From IMG/VR virus record IMGVR_UViG_643348551_000007: DNA of 35,597 bases. One strand, given 5' to 3'. Both the position numbers and the translations under genes were made by a program. The notes under the pieces were generated by a model. It did no database searches and was not told the DNA's origin. It saw nothing but the letters and a program-made list of their open reading frames with translations. The stretch is from a virus (Duplodnaviria > Heunggongvirae > Uroviricota > Caudoviricetes). Positions 18,036-27,173 of this stretch are shown in pieces (position 1 is the first letter of the stretch; each line of letters opens with the position of its first letter).

Positions 18036-18439
18036 AGCTCTGGCCCACGCTGGGCGTCGCTTTCCTTCTGATTGCCGCATGGGGAACATCCATGCGTCTG
18101 TCGTGGTCGCTGGGCCGGGAGAACGCCAGAAACGAAGCGCAGGCCAGCGCCCTGAAACGTACCGTCGACACCCTGAATATCATCAGCGCCGGGGTACAGG
18201 ATATGCAGCAGGTGCTGGCGCAACTCCGCGTGGAAAATCAACAGCGAAATCAGGACGGAGAGGCCAGACGTGAACAGCTACGCAACGATATTGCAAAAGA
18301 TGAATGCGCCCACGCTTTGCCTGACGCTCGTTTTACTGACAGGTTGCGCAGGCACGCAGAACGCGCCACGGCCAGCGCCGTCAGTCCGGCTTATACCGCA
18401 GACGCTGACCATACCGGTAACGCCTCCCCCCTTCCCTGA
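18032..18439 (+). CDS. Inner-membrane spanin (Rz / LysB-like)
   Basis: ATG overlapping the endolysin stop; N-terminal TM LGVAFLLIAAW followed by a coiled-coil region. Confidence 0.65.
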   Translation: MKLWPTLGVAFLLIAAWGTSMRLSWSLGRENARNEAQASALKRTVDTLNIISAGVQDMQQVLAQLRVENQQRNQDGEARREQLRNDIAKDECAHALPDARFTDRLRRHAERATASAVSPAYTADADHTGNASPLP

Positions 18440-18590
18440 CACTCCCACATGGGGAAATCTCGGTATATGGGGCGACCGCCTTCTGGATGCACTGGAAACC
18501 TGTAACGCGGATAAACGGGCCATTGAATTACTGGAACAGCGCAGGCTGCAACGACTGAACAACGAGGATAACAACCATGCTGAAAACTGA
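18300..18590 (+). CDS. Outer-membrane lipoprotein spanin (Rz1 / LysC-like)
   Basis: Lipobox LLTGC in MNAPTLCLTLVLLTGCAG, proline-rich body, begins inside the 3' part of the i-spanin gene in another frame. Confidence 0.65.
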   Translation: MNAPTLCLTLVLLTGCAGTQNAPRPAPSVRLIPQTLTIPVTPPPFPDTPTWGNLGIWGDRLLDALETCNADKRAIELLEQRRLQRLNNEDNNHAEN

Positions 18591-19044
18591 TTCCCTGCGT
18601 GAAGCCATGACCCGTTCATGCCGATGGTGTCAGGCCAACCCGGAAAAATTCACCATTTTCGTGGAGAGCGGCAACATTGAAACGACAGGAGAAACCCCAT
18701 CGTTTGTTTACCGCTATCAGATGGTGATGTTTGTCATGGATTACGCCGGGGAGCTGGATGACCTCACGCTGCCGCTGCTGGCGTGGTTATCCAAAAATCA
18801 GCCACAGTTGTTGCTCAACCCTGAGCGTAATCAGGACATCAAATTCTCCGCCGTTATCAATGACGATGACAGCGCCGACCTCCTGTTTACGCTCCCCCTG
18901 CGGGAACGCGTTCGCATCACGCGCAACAGTCAGGGCACACCGCAGGCAGAACACCTGCCGGAGCCAAAACCCCGTCTGCCCTCTTCCGAAGGCGACTGGT
19001 CGCATGTATTCCAGGATGTGACGTGGGGTGAAAGCGATGGATAA
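18577..19044 (+). CDS. R: Tail completion protein
   Basis: ORF track; 155 aa, same size and position as P2 gpR. Confidence 0.85.
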   Translation: MLKTDSLREAMTRSCRWCQANPEKFTIFVESGNIETTGETPSFVYRYQMVMFVMDYAGELDDLTLPLLAWLSKNQPQLLLNPERNQDIKFSAVINDDDSADLLFTLPLRERVRITRNSQGTPQAEHLPEPKPRLPSSEGDWSHVFQDVTWGESDG

Positions 19045-19672
19045 GGCATTCACCCGCGTGGATGAAACCTTTGAGGCCATCCGCGACAGCCTGAATCAGC
19101 AGGCCATCAATAACATCGCCAGAAAGCTGGCACAGGATTTACGCCGCGCCCAGCAGGCGCGTATCCGGTCACAGAAAGCGCCGGACGGGACCGCGTGGAC
19201 ACCACGCAGACGCCGCGTAACCCGGATACAGGAGCGCATTCGCTTTATCTGGAATAACGAAGCACGCACGCTGAAAAACTGGCATCACGACACGGGGAAA
19301 TACGGGCGAACCATTACCGGGTGGGATGAGGATAAAAACAATATCCGCACGTTTTACCGGGATGACATCGACCGTTTTCTGGAAATACGCACCCGGCGCA
19401 TCAACCAGGACAGCACCAGGCGCGTCCCCATGTTCGTAAAACTGCGCACCGCCCGCTACCTGAAAGCCCGTGCAGATGCTTCCGGTGTGACGGTGGGTTA
19501 CAGCGGCGTGTCCGCACGTATTGCCCGCGTTCATCAGTTCGGTGAGCGCGATCAGGTTGCGCCGGGCATTTTCACCGATTACCCGGTACGTGAGCTGCTG
19601 GGTATCAGCCAGGCAGATGAGCGCCTGATTTATAACACGGTGCTGGGCCGGATTGCGGAGGCTGTACGGTGA
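19037..19672 (+). CDS. S: Tail completion / virion morphogenesis protein
   Basis: ORF track 19028..19672; position as P2 gpS. Confidence 0.8.
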   Translation: MDKAFTRVDETFEAIRDSLNQQAINNIARKLAQDLRRAQQARIRSQKAPDGTAWTPRRRRVTRIQERIRFIWNNEARTLKNWHHDTGKYGRTITGWDEDKNNIRTFYRDDIDRFLEIRTRRINQDSTRRVPMFVKLRTARYLKARADASGVTVGYSGVSARIARVHQFGERDQVAPGIFTDYPVRELLGISQADERLIYNTVLGRIAEAVR

Positions 19673-20250
19673 GCGCAGAACTCATGCGACTGCTGAGCAA
19701 TATCATCCGCACCGGGATCATCTCTGAAATTGATGAGAAGTCCTGGCGCGTGCGCGTTCGCAGCGGCGAACTGGAAACAGGATGGTTGCGCTGGAACACC
19801 ACGCGCGCGGGAGCCTTCAATGTGTGGCTGCCGCCATCACCAGGCGAACAGGTGGTAATTGCCTGCATTGGCGGCAACCCGGAAACCGCCATGATAATTG
19901 GCAGCCTGTGGAGTGATGCCAGTCCGGCACCCGGCAAAAGCCTGAAAGAAATCGTGGTCAGCGCGCCGGATGGCGCGGTGTTCCGCTACGACGCGGACGC
20001 AGGCGCACTGAGCGCCAGCGGCATGAAAACGGCCACTTTACAGGCATCCGTCAGCGTGAAACTGGATACGCCCGTCGTGGAATGCACAAACCTTCTGAGA
20101 ACGGCGACGCTTGACGTCACAAAAGGAGGAAAGATGAGCGGCAATATCACGCACAGCGGCGGCAACTTCACCTCAAACGGCATCACAGTGCATACGCATA
20201 AACACGGTGGCGTGAAAGGCGGCAGCGATTCGACAGGAGGCCCGCAGTGA
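19669..20250 (+). CDS. V: Baseplate spike protein
   Basis: ORF track; 193 aa; order V-W-J-I as in P2. Confidence 0.88.
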   Translation: MSAELMRLLSNIIRTGIISEIDEKSWRVRVRSGELETGWLRWNTTRAGAFNVWLPPSPGEQVVIACIGGNPETAMIIGSLWSDASPAPGKSLKEIVVSAPDGAVFRYDADAGALSASGMKTATLQASVSVKLDTPVVECTNLLRTATLDVTKGGKMSGNITHSGGNFTSNGITVHTHKHGGVKGGSDSTGGPQ

Positions 20251-20597
20251 CAACCCGCTACACAGGAATGAATCCGGACGGGACGGGAAACCTGAACGAT
20301 ATGGAGCACCTGAAACAGTCAGTCAGGGATATCCTGACCACCCCGCTGGCAAGCCGGGTTATGCGACGGGAATATGGCAGCCTTGTGCCTGATTTGATTG
20401 ACGAACCCATGAATAACACCACGCGTCTGCAATGCATGAGTGCTGCCGTGATTGCGCTGACACGATGGGAACCCCGCATTGCCCTGGATGCCATCGACGT
20501 TGTCTGGAAAGCGGGAGGCCGCGCCGGGGTGACGCTGTCGGGCACTGTCATGCAGACCATGCAGAATGTTGAATTAACCATCACGCTGAGGGAGTAA
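20247..20597 (+). CDS. W: Baseplate wedge protein (GPW/gp25 family)
   Basis: ORF track; 116 aa (P2 W is 115 aa). Confidence 0.88.
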   Translation: MTTRYTGMNPDGTGNLNDMEHLKQSVRDILTTPLASRVMRREYGSLVPDLIDEPMNNTTRLQCMSAAVIALTRWEPRIALDAIDVVWKAGGRAGVTLSGTVMQTMQNVELTITLRE

Positions 20598-20600
20598 ATC

Positions 20601-21497
20601 ATGCCCGCCGTTGACCTTTCACAGTTACCGGACCCCGCCATCATCGCGGAGCCTGACTTTGAGGCAATTCTGGCTGACACAAAGGCCATGATGATTGCGG
20701 CTTATCCCGCCGAACAGCGTGAAGCCGTTTCCGCCGCGCTGGAGCTGGAATCGGAACCCCTGAACGTTATCGCTCAAACCATGTCGTTTCGTGAAATGCT
20801 GTTACGCCAGCGGGTTAACGAGGGGGCACGCGCCTGCATGTTAAGCCACAGCGCCGGGACAGACCTGGACAACCTCGCGGGCAATATGAACACAAAGCGC
20901 CTGACCATCACTCCGGCAACGGATACCACCGACGCAGTGATGGAAAGTGACACCTCGCTGAGACTGCGGGCGCAGCGGGCGTACGATGGCCTGAGTGTTG
21001 CTGGCCCGTCAGGTGCATACGAGTATTTTGCCCGCAGCGCCAGCGGTCTGGTGCGTGATGCGCGGGCTATCAGTCCGTCTCCGGCAAATGTGACGGTTTC
21101 CATCCTGTCCACTGAAGGCGACGGCACAGCAACGGAGGCGTTGCTTAATACCGTTCGCGCCGTTCTGAATGCAGAGGATACCCGCCCGGTGGCCGACCGC
21201 CTTACTGTACAGAGCGCCAGAATCGTGACATGGCGGCTGAATGCAAAACTGTACTTTTACCCCGGCCCGGAATCCGAACCTATTCTGGCGGCGGCTGAAT
21301 CGTCGTTCAGGAAGTGGCTGGCTGAGCAGGGGCTTATCGGTCAGGACGTGGCGTTGTCCGCCATTGCTGCCGCACTGCATGTGCACGGTGTGCAACGCGT
21401 GGAGATAATCGAACCCACACAGAATATGGCCATCAGCGACATACAGGCGGCGCGCTGTGAGTCGTTCACCATCAGCGAAGGTGGGCGCAATGAGTAA
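20601..21497 (+). CDS. J: Baseplate assembly protein
   Basis: ORF track; 298 aa (P2 J about 302 aa). Confidence 0.88.
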   Translation: MPAVDLSQLPDPAIIAEPDFEAILADTKAMMIAAYPAEQREAVSAALELESEPLNVIAQTMSFREMLLRQRVNEGARACMLSHSAGTDLDNLAGNMNTKRLTITPATDTTDAVMESDTSLRLRAQRAYDGLSVAGPSGAYEYFARSASGLVRDARAISPSPANVTVSILSTEGDGTATEALLNTVRAVLNAEDTRPVADRLTVQSARIVTWRLNAKLYFYPGPESEPILAAAESSFRKWLAEQGLIGQDVALSAIAAALHVHGVQRVEIIEPTQNMAISDIQAARCESFTISEGGRNE

Positions 21498-22020
21498 TTC
21501 ACTGTTACCACCATCAGCCAGCAGTTTCATGCGTTGTGCCGAAGCTGTCGGAACGCGCATTACAGACATCCCGGTAGACCTCAACACGCTGTGGTCGCCG
21601 GACACCTGCCCGGTGCACCTGCTGCCTTATCTCGCCTGGGCATTTTCCGTTGACCGTTGGGATCGCAACTGGCCGGAAGAGACAAAACGACAGGTGATTC
21701 GTGATGCATGGCTGATACACCGACACAAAGGGACCATCAGCGCACTGCGCAGGGCCATTGAGCCGCTGGGATACCTCATTCGCGTGTCTGAGTGGTGGGA
21801 GTTCGGCGGAGAACCGGGAACATTTACCGTTGAAGTCGGCACACTGGACAGTGGCGTGACGGAGGAAATGTATCTGGAAATGGAGCGGTTGATTGCTGAT
21901 GCCCGTCCGGTCAGCCGCCACATGACAGGGCTGAATATCATTCAGGAAATTCCGGGGGATATTTTTGCAGCGGCGGCAACTTATGACGGTGAAGTTATTA
22001 CCATTTATCCGGACGATTAA
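21490..22020 (+). CDS. I: Baseplate protein
   Basis: ORF track 21457..22020; start set at ATG 21490 overlapping the J stop. Confidence 0.85.
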   Translation: MSNSLLPPSASSFMRCAEAVGTRITDIPVDLNTLWSPDTCPVHLLPYLAWAFSVDRWDRNWPEETKRQVIRDAWLIHRHKGTISALRRAIEPLGYLIRVSEWWEFGGEPGTFTVEVGTLDSGVTEEMYLEMERLIADARPVSRHMTGLNIIQEIPGDIFAAAATYDGEVITIYPDD

Positions 22021-22022
22021 GC

Positions 22023-24008
22023 ATGAGTACCACAACACGAAAATTTAAAACCGTTATCACCGATACAGGTGCCAAAAAATTAGCTCAGGCAGCCGCGCCA
22101 GATGGTAAGCCTGTCCGCCTGACTCATATGGCCGTGGGCGACGGTGGCGGCACGTTGCCCACACCAGACAGTAAGCAGACCCGTCTGGTGCATGAGGTGT
22201 GGCGACACACTGTTAATCGCGTCATCCTGGACGCAACACATCAGAACCGCATTATTGCGGAGCTGGTTATTCCTCCTGAAACGGGCGGATTCTGGATCCG
22301 GGAAATTGGTGTATTTGATGAGCACGGCGATTTAATCGCGGTGGGCAATACTGCCGAAAGTTACAAACCAACCGTTGCCGAAGGGTCCGGACGTGCACAA
22401 ACATTTCGCACCATTCTGACCGTATCCAGCACTGCCACCGTGGCGCTTACCGTGGATAACACCATGGTGATGGCCACAGTGGATTACGTGGATGACAAAC
22501 TGAAAGAGCATGAACAGTCACGACGTCACCCGGACGCCTCGCTGACCGCAAAAGGCTTTGTTCAACTCAGTAGCGCCACTAACAGCGTGTCTGAAACGCA
22601 GGCTGCAACGCCGAAAGCGGTTAAGGCCGCCTATGACCTTGCTAACGGGAAATATACCGCACAGGACGCCACTATAGCGCGAAAAGGCCTTGTTCAGCTC
22701 AGTAGCGCCACCAACAGCGATTCTGAAACGCTGGCGGCAACACCAAAGGCGGTAAAGGCAGCATATGACCTTGCTAACGGGAAATATACCGCACAGGACG
22801 CTACCACAGCGCGAAAAGGTCTTGTCCAGCTCAGTAGTGCCACCAACAGCACGTCTGAAACATTGGCCGCGACATCGAAAGCGGTTAAGGCGGTAATGGA
22901 TGAAACAAATAAGAAAGCCCCATTAAACAGCCCGACGCTGACCGGAACGCCAACAACACCAACTGCGCGACAGGGAACGAATAATACCCAAATCGCAAGC
23001 ACGGCTTTCGTTATGGCTGCGATTGCCGCCCTTGTAGATTCGTCACCTGATGCACTGAACACGCTGAACGAGCTGGCTGCGGCGTTGGGCAACGACCCGA
23101 ATTTTGCGACCACCATGACTAACGCGCTTGCGGGTAAGCAACCGAAAGATGCCACCCTGACGGCGCTGGCCGGGCTTGCTACTGCGGCAGACAGGTTTCC
23201 GTATTTTACGGGGAATGATGTCGCCAGCCTGGCAACTCTGACAAAAGTCGGGCGGGATATTCTTGCGAAATCGACCGTTGCCGCCGTTATCGAATACCTC
23301 GGTTTACGAGAACTCGGCACAAGCGGGGAGAAAATACCGTTACTCAGTACAGCGAATACCTGGACCAATCGACAAACATTCAGCGGTGGCCTTTCTGGGG
23401 AACTGTCCGGCAATGCCGCTACTGCAACAAAGCTGAAAACAGCACGAAAAATTGCTGGAGTTGGTTTTGATGGTTCTAGCGATATTTCAATTAGTGCCAA
23501 AAATGTCAATGCATTTGCACTCCGACAAACAGGTAATACTGTTAATGGTGATACATCCGTTGGATGGAATTGGGATAGTGGTGCATATAACGCCATGATT
23601 GGTGGTGCATCTGCATTAATTCTTCACTTTAATATAAATGCTGGTAGCTGTCCTGCCGTACAATTCCGTGTGAATTATAAAAATGGTGGCATTTCCTACA
23701 GGTCGGCTCGTGATGGTTATGGGTTTGAATTAGGTTGGTCAGATTTCTATACCACGACACGAAAACCTTCAGCGGGAGATGTTGGTGCATATACGCGGGC
23801 AGAATGTAACTCAAGGTTTATTACAGGTATTCGCCTTGGCGGTCTGTCATCTGTTCAGACATGGAATGGTCCCGGCTGGTCTGACAGGTCAGGTTATGTC
23901 GTTACGGGTTCAGTTAACGGAAACCGTGATGAATTAATTGATACAACACAGGCAAGGCCAATTCAGTATTGCATTAATGGGACGTGGTATAACGCGGGGA
24001 GTATTTAA
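22023..24008 (+). CDS. H: Tail fibre protein, constant N-terminal part fused to the currently expressed variable C-terminus
   Basis: 661 aa; tandem repeats in the shaft; C-terminus ...IQYCINGTWYNAGSI; followed by a tail-fibre assembly gene. Confidence 0.9.
   Translation: MSTTTRKFKTVITDTGAKKLAQAAAPDGKPVRLTHMAVGDGGGTLPTPDSKQTRLVHEVWRHTVNRVILDATHQNRIIAELVIPPETGGFWIREIGVFDEHGDLIAVGNTAESYKPTVAEGSGRAQTFRTILTVSSTATVALTVDNTMVMATVDYVDDKLKEHEQSRRHPDASLTAKGFVQLSSATNSVSETQAATPKAVKAAYDLANGKYTAQDATIARKGLVQLSSATNSDSETLAATPKAVKAAYDLANGKYTAQDATTARKGLVQLSSATNSTSETLAATSKAVKAVMDETNKKAPLNSPTLTGTPTTPTARQGTNNTQIASTAFVMAAIAALVDSSPDALNTLNELAAALGNDPNFATTMTNALAGKQPKDATLTALAGLATAADRFPYFTGNDVASLATLTKVGRDILAKSTVAAVIEYLGLRELGTSGEKIPLLSTANTWTNRQTFSGGLSGELSGNAATATKLKTARKIAGVGFDGSSDISISAKNVNAFALRQTGNTVNGDTSVGWNWDSGAYNAMIGGASALILHFNINAGSCPAVQFRVNYKNGGISYRSARDGYGFELGWSDFYTTTRKPSAGDVGAYTRAECNSRFITGIRLGGLSSVQTWNGPGWSDRSGYVVTGSVNGNRDELIDTTQARPIQYCINGTWYNAGSI
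22551..22946 (+). repeat. Three in-frame tandem repeats of 132 bp (44 aa) inside H
   Basis: KGFVQLSSATNS.SET.AATPKAVKAAYDLANGKYTAQDAT.AR repeated starting at about 22551, 22683 and 22815; third copy diverges at its end. Confidence 0.75.
23287..23313 (+). other. gix-like recombination (crossover) site, left
   Basis: TTATCGAATACCTCGGTTTACGAGAAC; shares the ACCTCGGTTTAC core with the right site and with Gin gix sites. Confidence 0.7.
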
Positions 24009-24010
24009 CG

Positions 24011-24544
24011 ATGATGCACTTAAAAAACATTACTGCTGGCAACCCTAAAACAAAAGAGCAATACCAGCTAACAAAGCAATTTAACATCAAATGGCTTTAT
24101 TCAGATGATGGAAAAAACTGGTATGAGGAACAAAAGAATTTCCAGCCAGACACTTTGAAAATGGTCTATGACCATAACGGCGTTATTATTTGTATTGAAA
24201 AGGATGGTTCAGCAATTAATCCGGAAGGCGCAAGCGTCGTTGAATTACCTGATATTACAGCAAATCGCCGGGCTGATATTTCGGGGAAATGGTTGTTCAA
24301 AGATGGCGTAGTGATAAAGCGAACTTATACCGAGGAAGAGCAGAGGCAACAAGCGGAAAATGAAAAGCAAAGCCTGTTGCAACTTGTCAGGGATAAAACC
24401 CAGCTATGGGACTCACAGCTACGGCTGGGCATCATTTCCGACGAGAATAAACAAAAATTAACCGAGTGGATGCTCTATGCGCAGAAAGTCGAATCTACAG
24501 ACACCTCCAGCCTGCCAGTAACGTTTCCCGAACAACCAGAATGA
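24011..24544 (+). CDS. G: Tail fibre assembly protein (currently expressed copy)
   Basis: 177 aa; conserved N-terminus [22 protein letters not shown] shared with the inverted copy. Confidence 0.85.
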   Translation: MMHLKNITAGNPKTKEQYQLTKQFNIKWLYSDDGKNWYEEQKNFQPDTLKMVYDHNGVIICIEKDGSAINPEGASVVELPDITANRRADISGKWLFKDGVVIKRTYTEEEQRQQAENEKQSLLQLVRDKTQLWDSQLRLGIISDENKQKLTEWMLYAQKVESTDTSSLPVTFPEQPE

Positions 24545-24547
24545 GAG

Positions 24548-24575
24548 AAGGCCCGATATTGGGCCTTAATTTTTA
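24548..24575. terminator. Bidirectional rho-independent terminator between the convergent tail-fibre assembly genes
   Basis: AAGGCCC-gatatt-GGGCCTT hairpin followed by AATTTTT. Confidence 0.65.
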
Positions 24576-25100
24576 CTCAGGCTTTTGTGGCCATTCTGGA
24601 TTTGCTGTATCCACACGGCTGACCAGAACGCTGTAGCGTTCCCATGACTCCAGTCGTGTGCGTTCCTCATCCGTCGCCATATTCAGCCTGACAGCGCGTT
24701 CCAGTGGCTGAATAACGCTTTCAGCTTCAGAAAGCAACGCGACCTTTTGTGATTCGGCCTGTTGTTGCTGTTCGTCTGCTGTATAAATCCGCTTAACCAC
24801 AGTTCCGTCCTTAAACATCCACTTCCCTGAATCATCGGCACGACGATTGGCTGTTATATCTGGAATCTCAACGACACTAAAGCCTTCGGGATTAAGCGTT
24901 GAGGCATCTTTGGTTATGGCAACAATAATATTATTTTCGTCGTATACAATCTTTATGGTGTCGTCCTGAAAGTTATTTACTTCCTCATACCAGTTTTTAC
25001 CGTCTTCGGACCATAACCAGATAACATCAAAATTCTTTGTTAGCTGATATTGTTCTTTTGTTTTTGGACTTCCGGACTTAATATTTTTTAAATGCTGCAT
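24573..25100 (-). CDS. Tail fibre assembly protein (alternative copy)
   Basis: 175 aa; N-terminus [22 protein letters not shown] paralogous to 24011..24544. Confidence 0.85.
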   Translation of the reverse strand: MQHLKNIKSGSPKTKEQYQLTKNFDVIWLWSEDGKNWYEEVNNFQDDTIKIVYDENNIIVAITKDASTLNPEGFSVVEIPDITANRRADDSGKWMFKDGTVVKRIYTADEQQQQAESQKVALLSEAESVIQPLERAVRLNMATDEERTRLESWERYSVLVSRVDTANPEWPQKPE

Positions 25101-25103
25101 AAT

Positions 25104-25976
25104 TTACACCTGTGCGACGTTATACCATGTGCCATTGATGTATTTTTGTATTGGTCTGAAGATGGCTTCATCATCGCCATCTACTTCACCAATGATTCTT
25201 AATCCGGTAATTGCGTGTCCGGCTTTTTCATAACGACCACCACGCGCCATCAATTGAACAACACGCGTACCCAGGCGAACATCTTTTACATAGCGTGAAT
25301 CAAAATTCCCCCAGTTGCTGGGCTGTATCTGACCGTTAACAGAAAATATTACCGAGTTATCTGTATTTCGCTGGCTATAGAAATGCCATCCTGCCTCATC
25401 GCCTAACTCTGCAACTACTGGACGGGTTGAAGCACCCCATAAATTAAACGTTGCATTCTTTGTGGAGGTGTTGGAGCTGGATAGCGAGAACTTTTTACTA
25501 TCACCTGCCTGAATGTTTTTAAAAGCAATAGCAACTCCATTCTGAAAGCGGAATACTCGCTGACTATTAGCGTAAACATCCAGAATACCATCACCATTCT
25601 GTTTGAATCCGGTGTCATTATCACCAAGAACAATAGAGCTACCACCTAACGCATTCGTCGTACCAACTCCAAGACTGCCATTAATGACGGCATTTACCAG
25701 AATATTTAGTGCATCCCATTTCAGCGTCATCAGGTCTTTTGTTGTGGTGCTCTGGCGGCTTCTCCATTTGAAATATTCATTGCCGTTGTCGCCTGTTTCA
25801 AACCACATGTATGAATCAGTGTCACCATCAGCATCATTTTTAAATCCAATCTTCGCCCAGTCAGTATTTCGAATCCAGGCAAGGATTGAGTCATTTTCAA
25901 AAGTAAGCCTACCGGACAAAGTATCGCCATTTTTTTGCACGGCGTTACCAGCCCTGTTTACCGTTTCCTGTAAACC
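25104..25976 (-). CDS. Alternative tail-fibre C-terminal cassette (promoterless and startless until inversion)
   Basis: Open frame runs from the right gix site; on inversion it would read ...EYLGLQETVNRAGNAVQKNGD... in frame with H; C-terminus IQKYINGTWYNVAQV parallels that of H. Confidence 0.75.
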   Translation of the reverse strand, partial: GLQETVNRAGNAVQKNGDTLSGRLTFENDSILAWIRNTDWAKIGFKNDADGDTDSYMWFETGDNGNEYFKWRSRQSTTTKDLMTLKWDALNILVNAVINGSLGVGTTNALGGSSIVLGDNDTGFKQNGDGILDVYANSQRVFRFQNGVAIAFKNIQAGDSKKFSLSSSNTSTKNATFNLWGASTRPVVAELGDEAGWHFYSQRNTDNSVIFSVNGQIQPSNWGNFDSRYVKDVRLGTRVVQLMARGGRYEKAGHAITGLRIIGEVDGDDEAIFRPIQKYINGTWYNVAQV

Positions 25977-25990
25977 GAGGTTTTAAATAA
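25963..25990 (-). other. gix-like recombination (crossover) site, right
   Basis: Reverse complement reads TTATTTAAAACCTCGGTTTACAGGAAAC, near-identical to the Gin gix consensus as I recall it. Confidence 0.75.
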
Positions 25991-26026
25991 TGGCCGTTTC
26001 TGGCCTGCATGGCATGATTTGCGCTT

Positions 26027-26644
26027 TTGGACGGGAGATTCAGTGTGCTGATTGGCTATGTAAGGGTATCAACAAATGACCAGAATACAGACCTGCAACG
26101 AAACGCTCTTGTTTGTGCAGGATGTGAACAAATATTTGAAGATAAATTAAGCGGGACAAAGACAGACCGACCGGGATTAAAACGCGCTTTAAAGCGCCTT
26201 CAAAAAGGTGACACGCTGGTTGTCTGGAAACTGGATCGCCTCGGGCGAAGCATGAAACATCTGATTTCTCTCGTCGGGGAACTACGGGAGCGAGGGATTA
26301 ATTTTCGCAGTCTGACCGACAGCATAGACACATCTTCTCCAATGGGGCGTTTTTTCTTCCACGTGATGGGTGCCCTGGCTGAAATGGAACGTGAATTAAT
26401 TGTTGAACGTACACTGGCCGGGCTGGCGGCAGCGCGCGCAAGGGGGCGCACAGGCGGACGTCGACCGAAGCTGACAAAAGAACAGCATGAGCAAATAGCA
26501 AGGCTAATCAAAAACGGGCACGACAGAAAACAACTGGCAATAATTTACGGCATTGGCACATCGACGATTTATCGTTATCACCCTGTAGGCGATATACAGA
26601 CTGAAGAAACAACCGGGCAGACTCAGGAAAATGAAAACCGCTAA
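26027..26644 (+). CDS. Serine recombinase, Gin/Pin/Hin-family DNA invertase
   Basis: VLIGYVRVSTNDQNTDLQRNALVCAGCEQIFEDKLSG... is near-identical over the catalytic domain to Mu Gin as I recall it; likely true start is the GTG at 26045. Confidence 0.95.
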   Translation: MDGRFSVLIGYVRVSTNDQNTDLQRNALVCAGCEQIFEDKLSGTKTDRPGLKRALKRLQKGDTLVVWKLDRLGRSMKHLISLVGELRERGINFRSLTDSIDTSSPMGRFFFHVMGALAEMERELIVERTLAGLAAARARGRTGGRRPKLTKEQHEQIARLIKNGHDRKQLAIIYGIGTSTIYRYHPVGDIQTEETTGQTQENENR

Positions 26645-26663
26645 TCTGACCATTAGCGGTTTT
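26634..26663. terminator. Bidirectional terminator between convergent invertase and U
   Basis: Perfect 12-bp stem AAAACCGCTAAT / ATTAGCGGTTTT with 6-nt loop; T-rich on both flanks. Confidence 0.6.
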
Positions 26664-26672
26664 TGTGTTAAA

Positions 26673-27167
26673 TCAGAACAGCCCTTTAACTGAACTGGCC
26701 GCGCTGTTAAGAGATGATGTCACCTTATCTTTGAAGCCGGACAGCATATCACTGAACGATGAGGATTGCAGGCGCTCCCGCAAATCCTCATCACAGCGTT
26801 CAAGGGTCAGTGAAAATTCTATCTTTTTCGCCTTACCGTAGCGATCAAACTCGGAACGGGTCGTATTCGTTCCGGTCAGGACATACATGCCGTAAATCTG
26901 CCCGACGCCATCAATCAAAGGCCAGGGTCGTCCTGTATACGCCTGCGTGGTCAGCAGCGACAGCGACACTTCGCCACCTGTAATTTCAGGATAAAGCACA
27001 CCAGAAAGAACGATGCGATCATCACCTGCACCGATATACTGCCAGCTTGCTGAACGGTTAACGCGTTCATTTTTCACATGCCGCCAGCTTTTGTTTTGCT
27101 GTAACTGCTGATGCGGCAGCGTGCGCAGCTCAAAAACAAACATGCCGTAGATCATCATCATGGCCAT
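26673..27167 (-). CDS. U: Tail protein U
   Basis: 164 aa; ...FVFELRTLPHQQLQQNKSWRH... resembles the P2 gpU N-terminus; directly downstream of T. Confidence 0.82.
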   Translation of the reverse strand: MAMMMIYGMFVFELRTLPHQQLQQNKSWRHVKNERVNRSASWQYIGAGDDRIVLSGVLYPEITGGEVSLSLLTTQAYTGRPWPLIDGVGQIYGMYVLTGTNTTRSEFDRYGKAKKIEFSLTLERCDEDLRERLQSSSFSDMLSGFKDKVTSSLNSAASSVKGLF

Positions 27168-27173
27168 GACTCC

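Larger units (their letters stand above)
23287..25990. mobile_element. Invertible tail-fibre host-range segment (Mu G / P1 C / Min-type)
   Basis: Bounded by inverted gix-like sites; contains two alternative H C-termini and two tail-fibre assembly genes in opposite orientation; invertase gene directly outside the right site. Confidence 0.75.

Noticed and set aside
22551-22946. Possible CRISPR array, given regularly spaced repeats
   Set aside because: The repeats are 132 bp, contiguous with no spacers, in frame within the tail fibre gene; these are coding tandem repeats, not CRISPR. No CRISPR array, tRNA or rRNA was seen anywhere in the window.
22694-23596. 300-aa minus-strand ORF inside tail fibre H
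   Set aside because: Antisense to H across its repeat region; a product of repeat-rich sequence rather than a gene.
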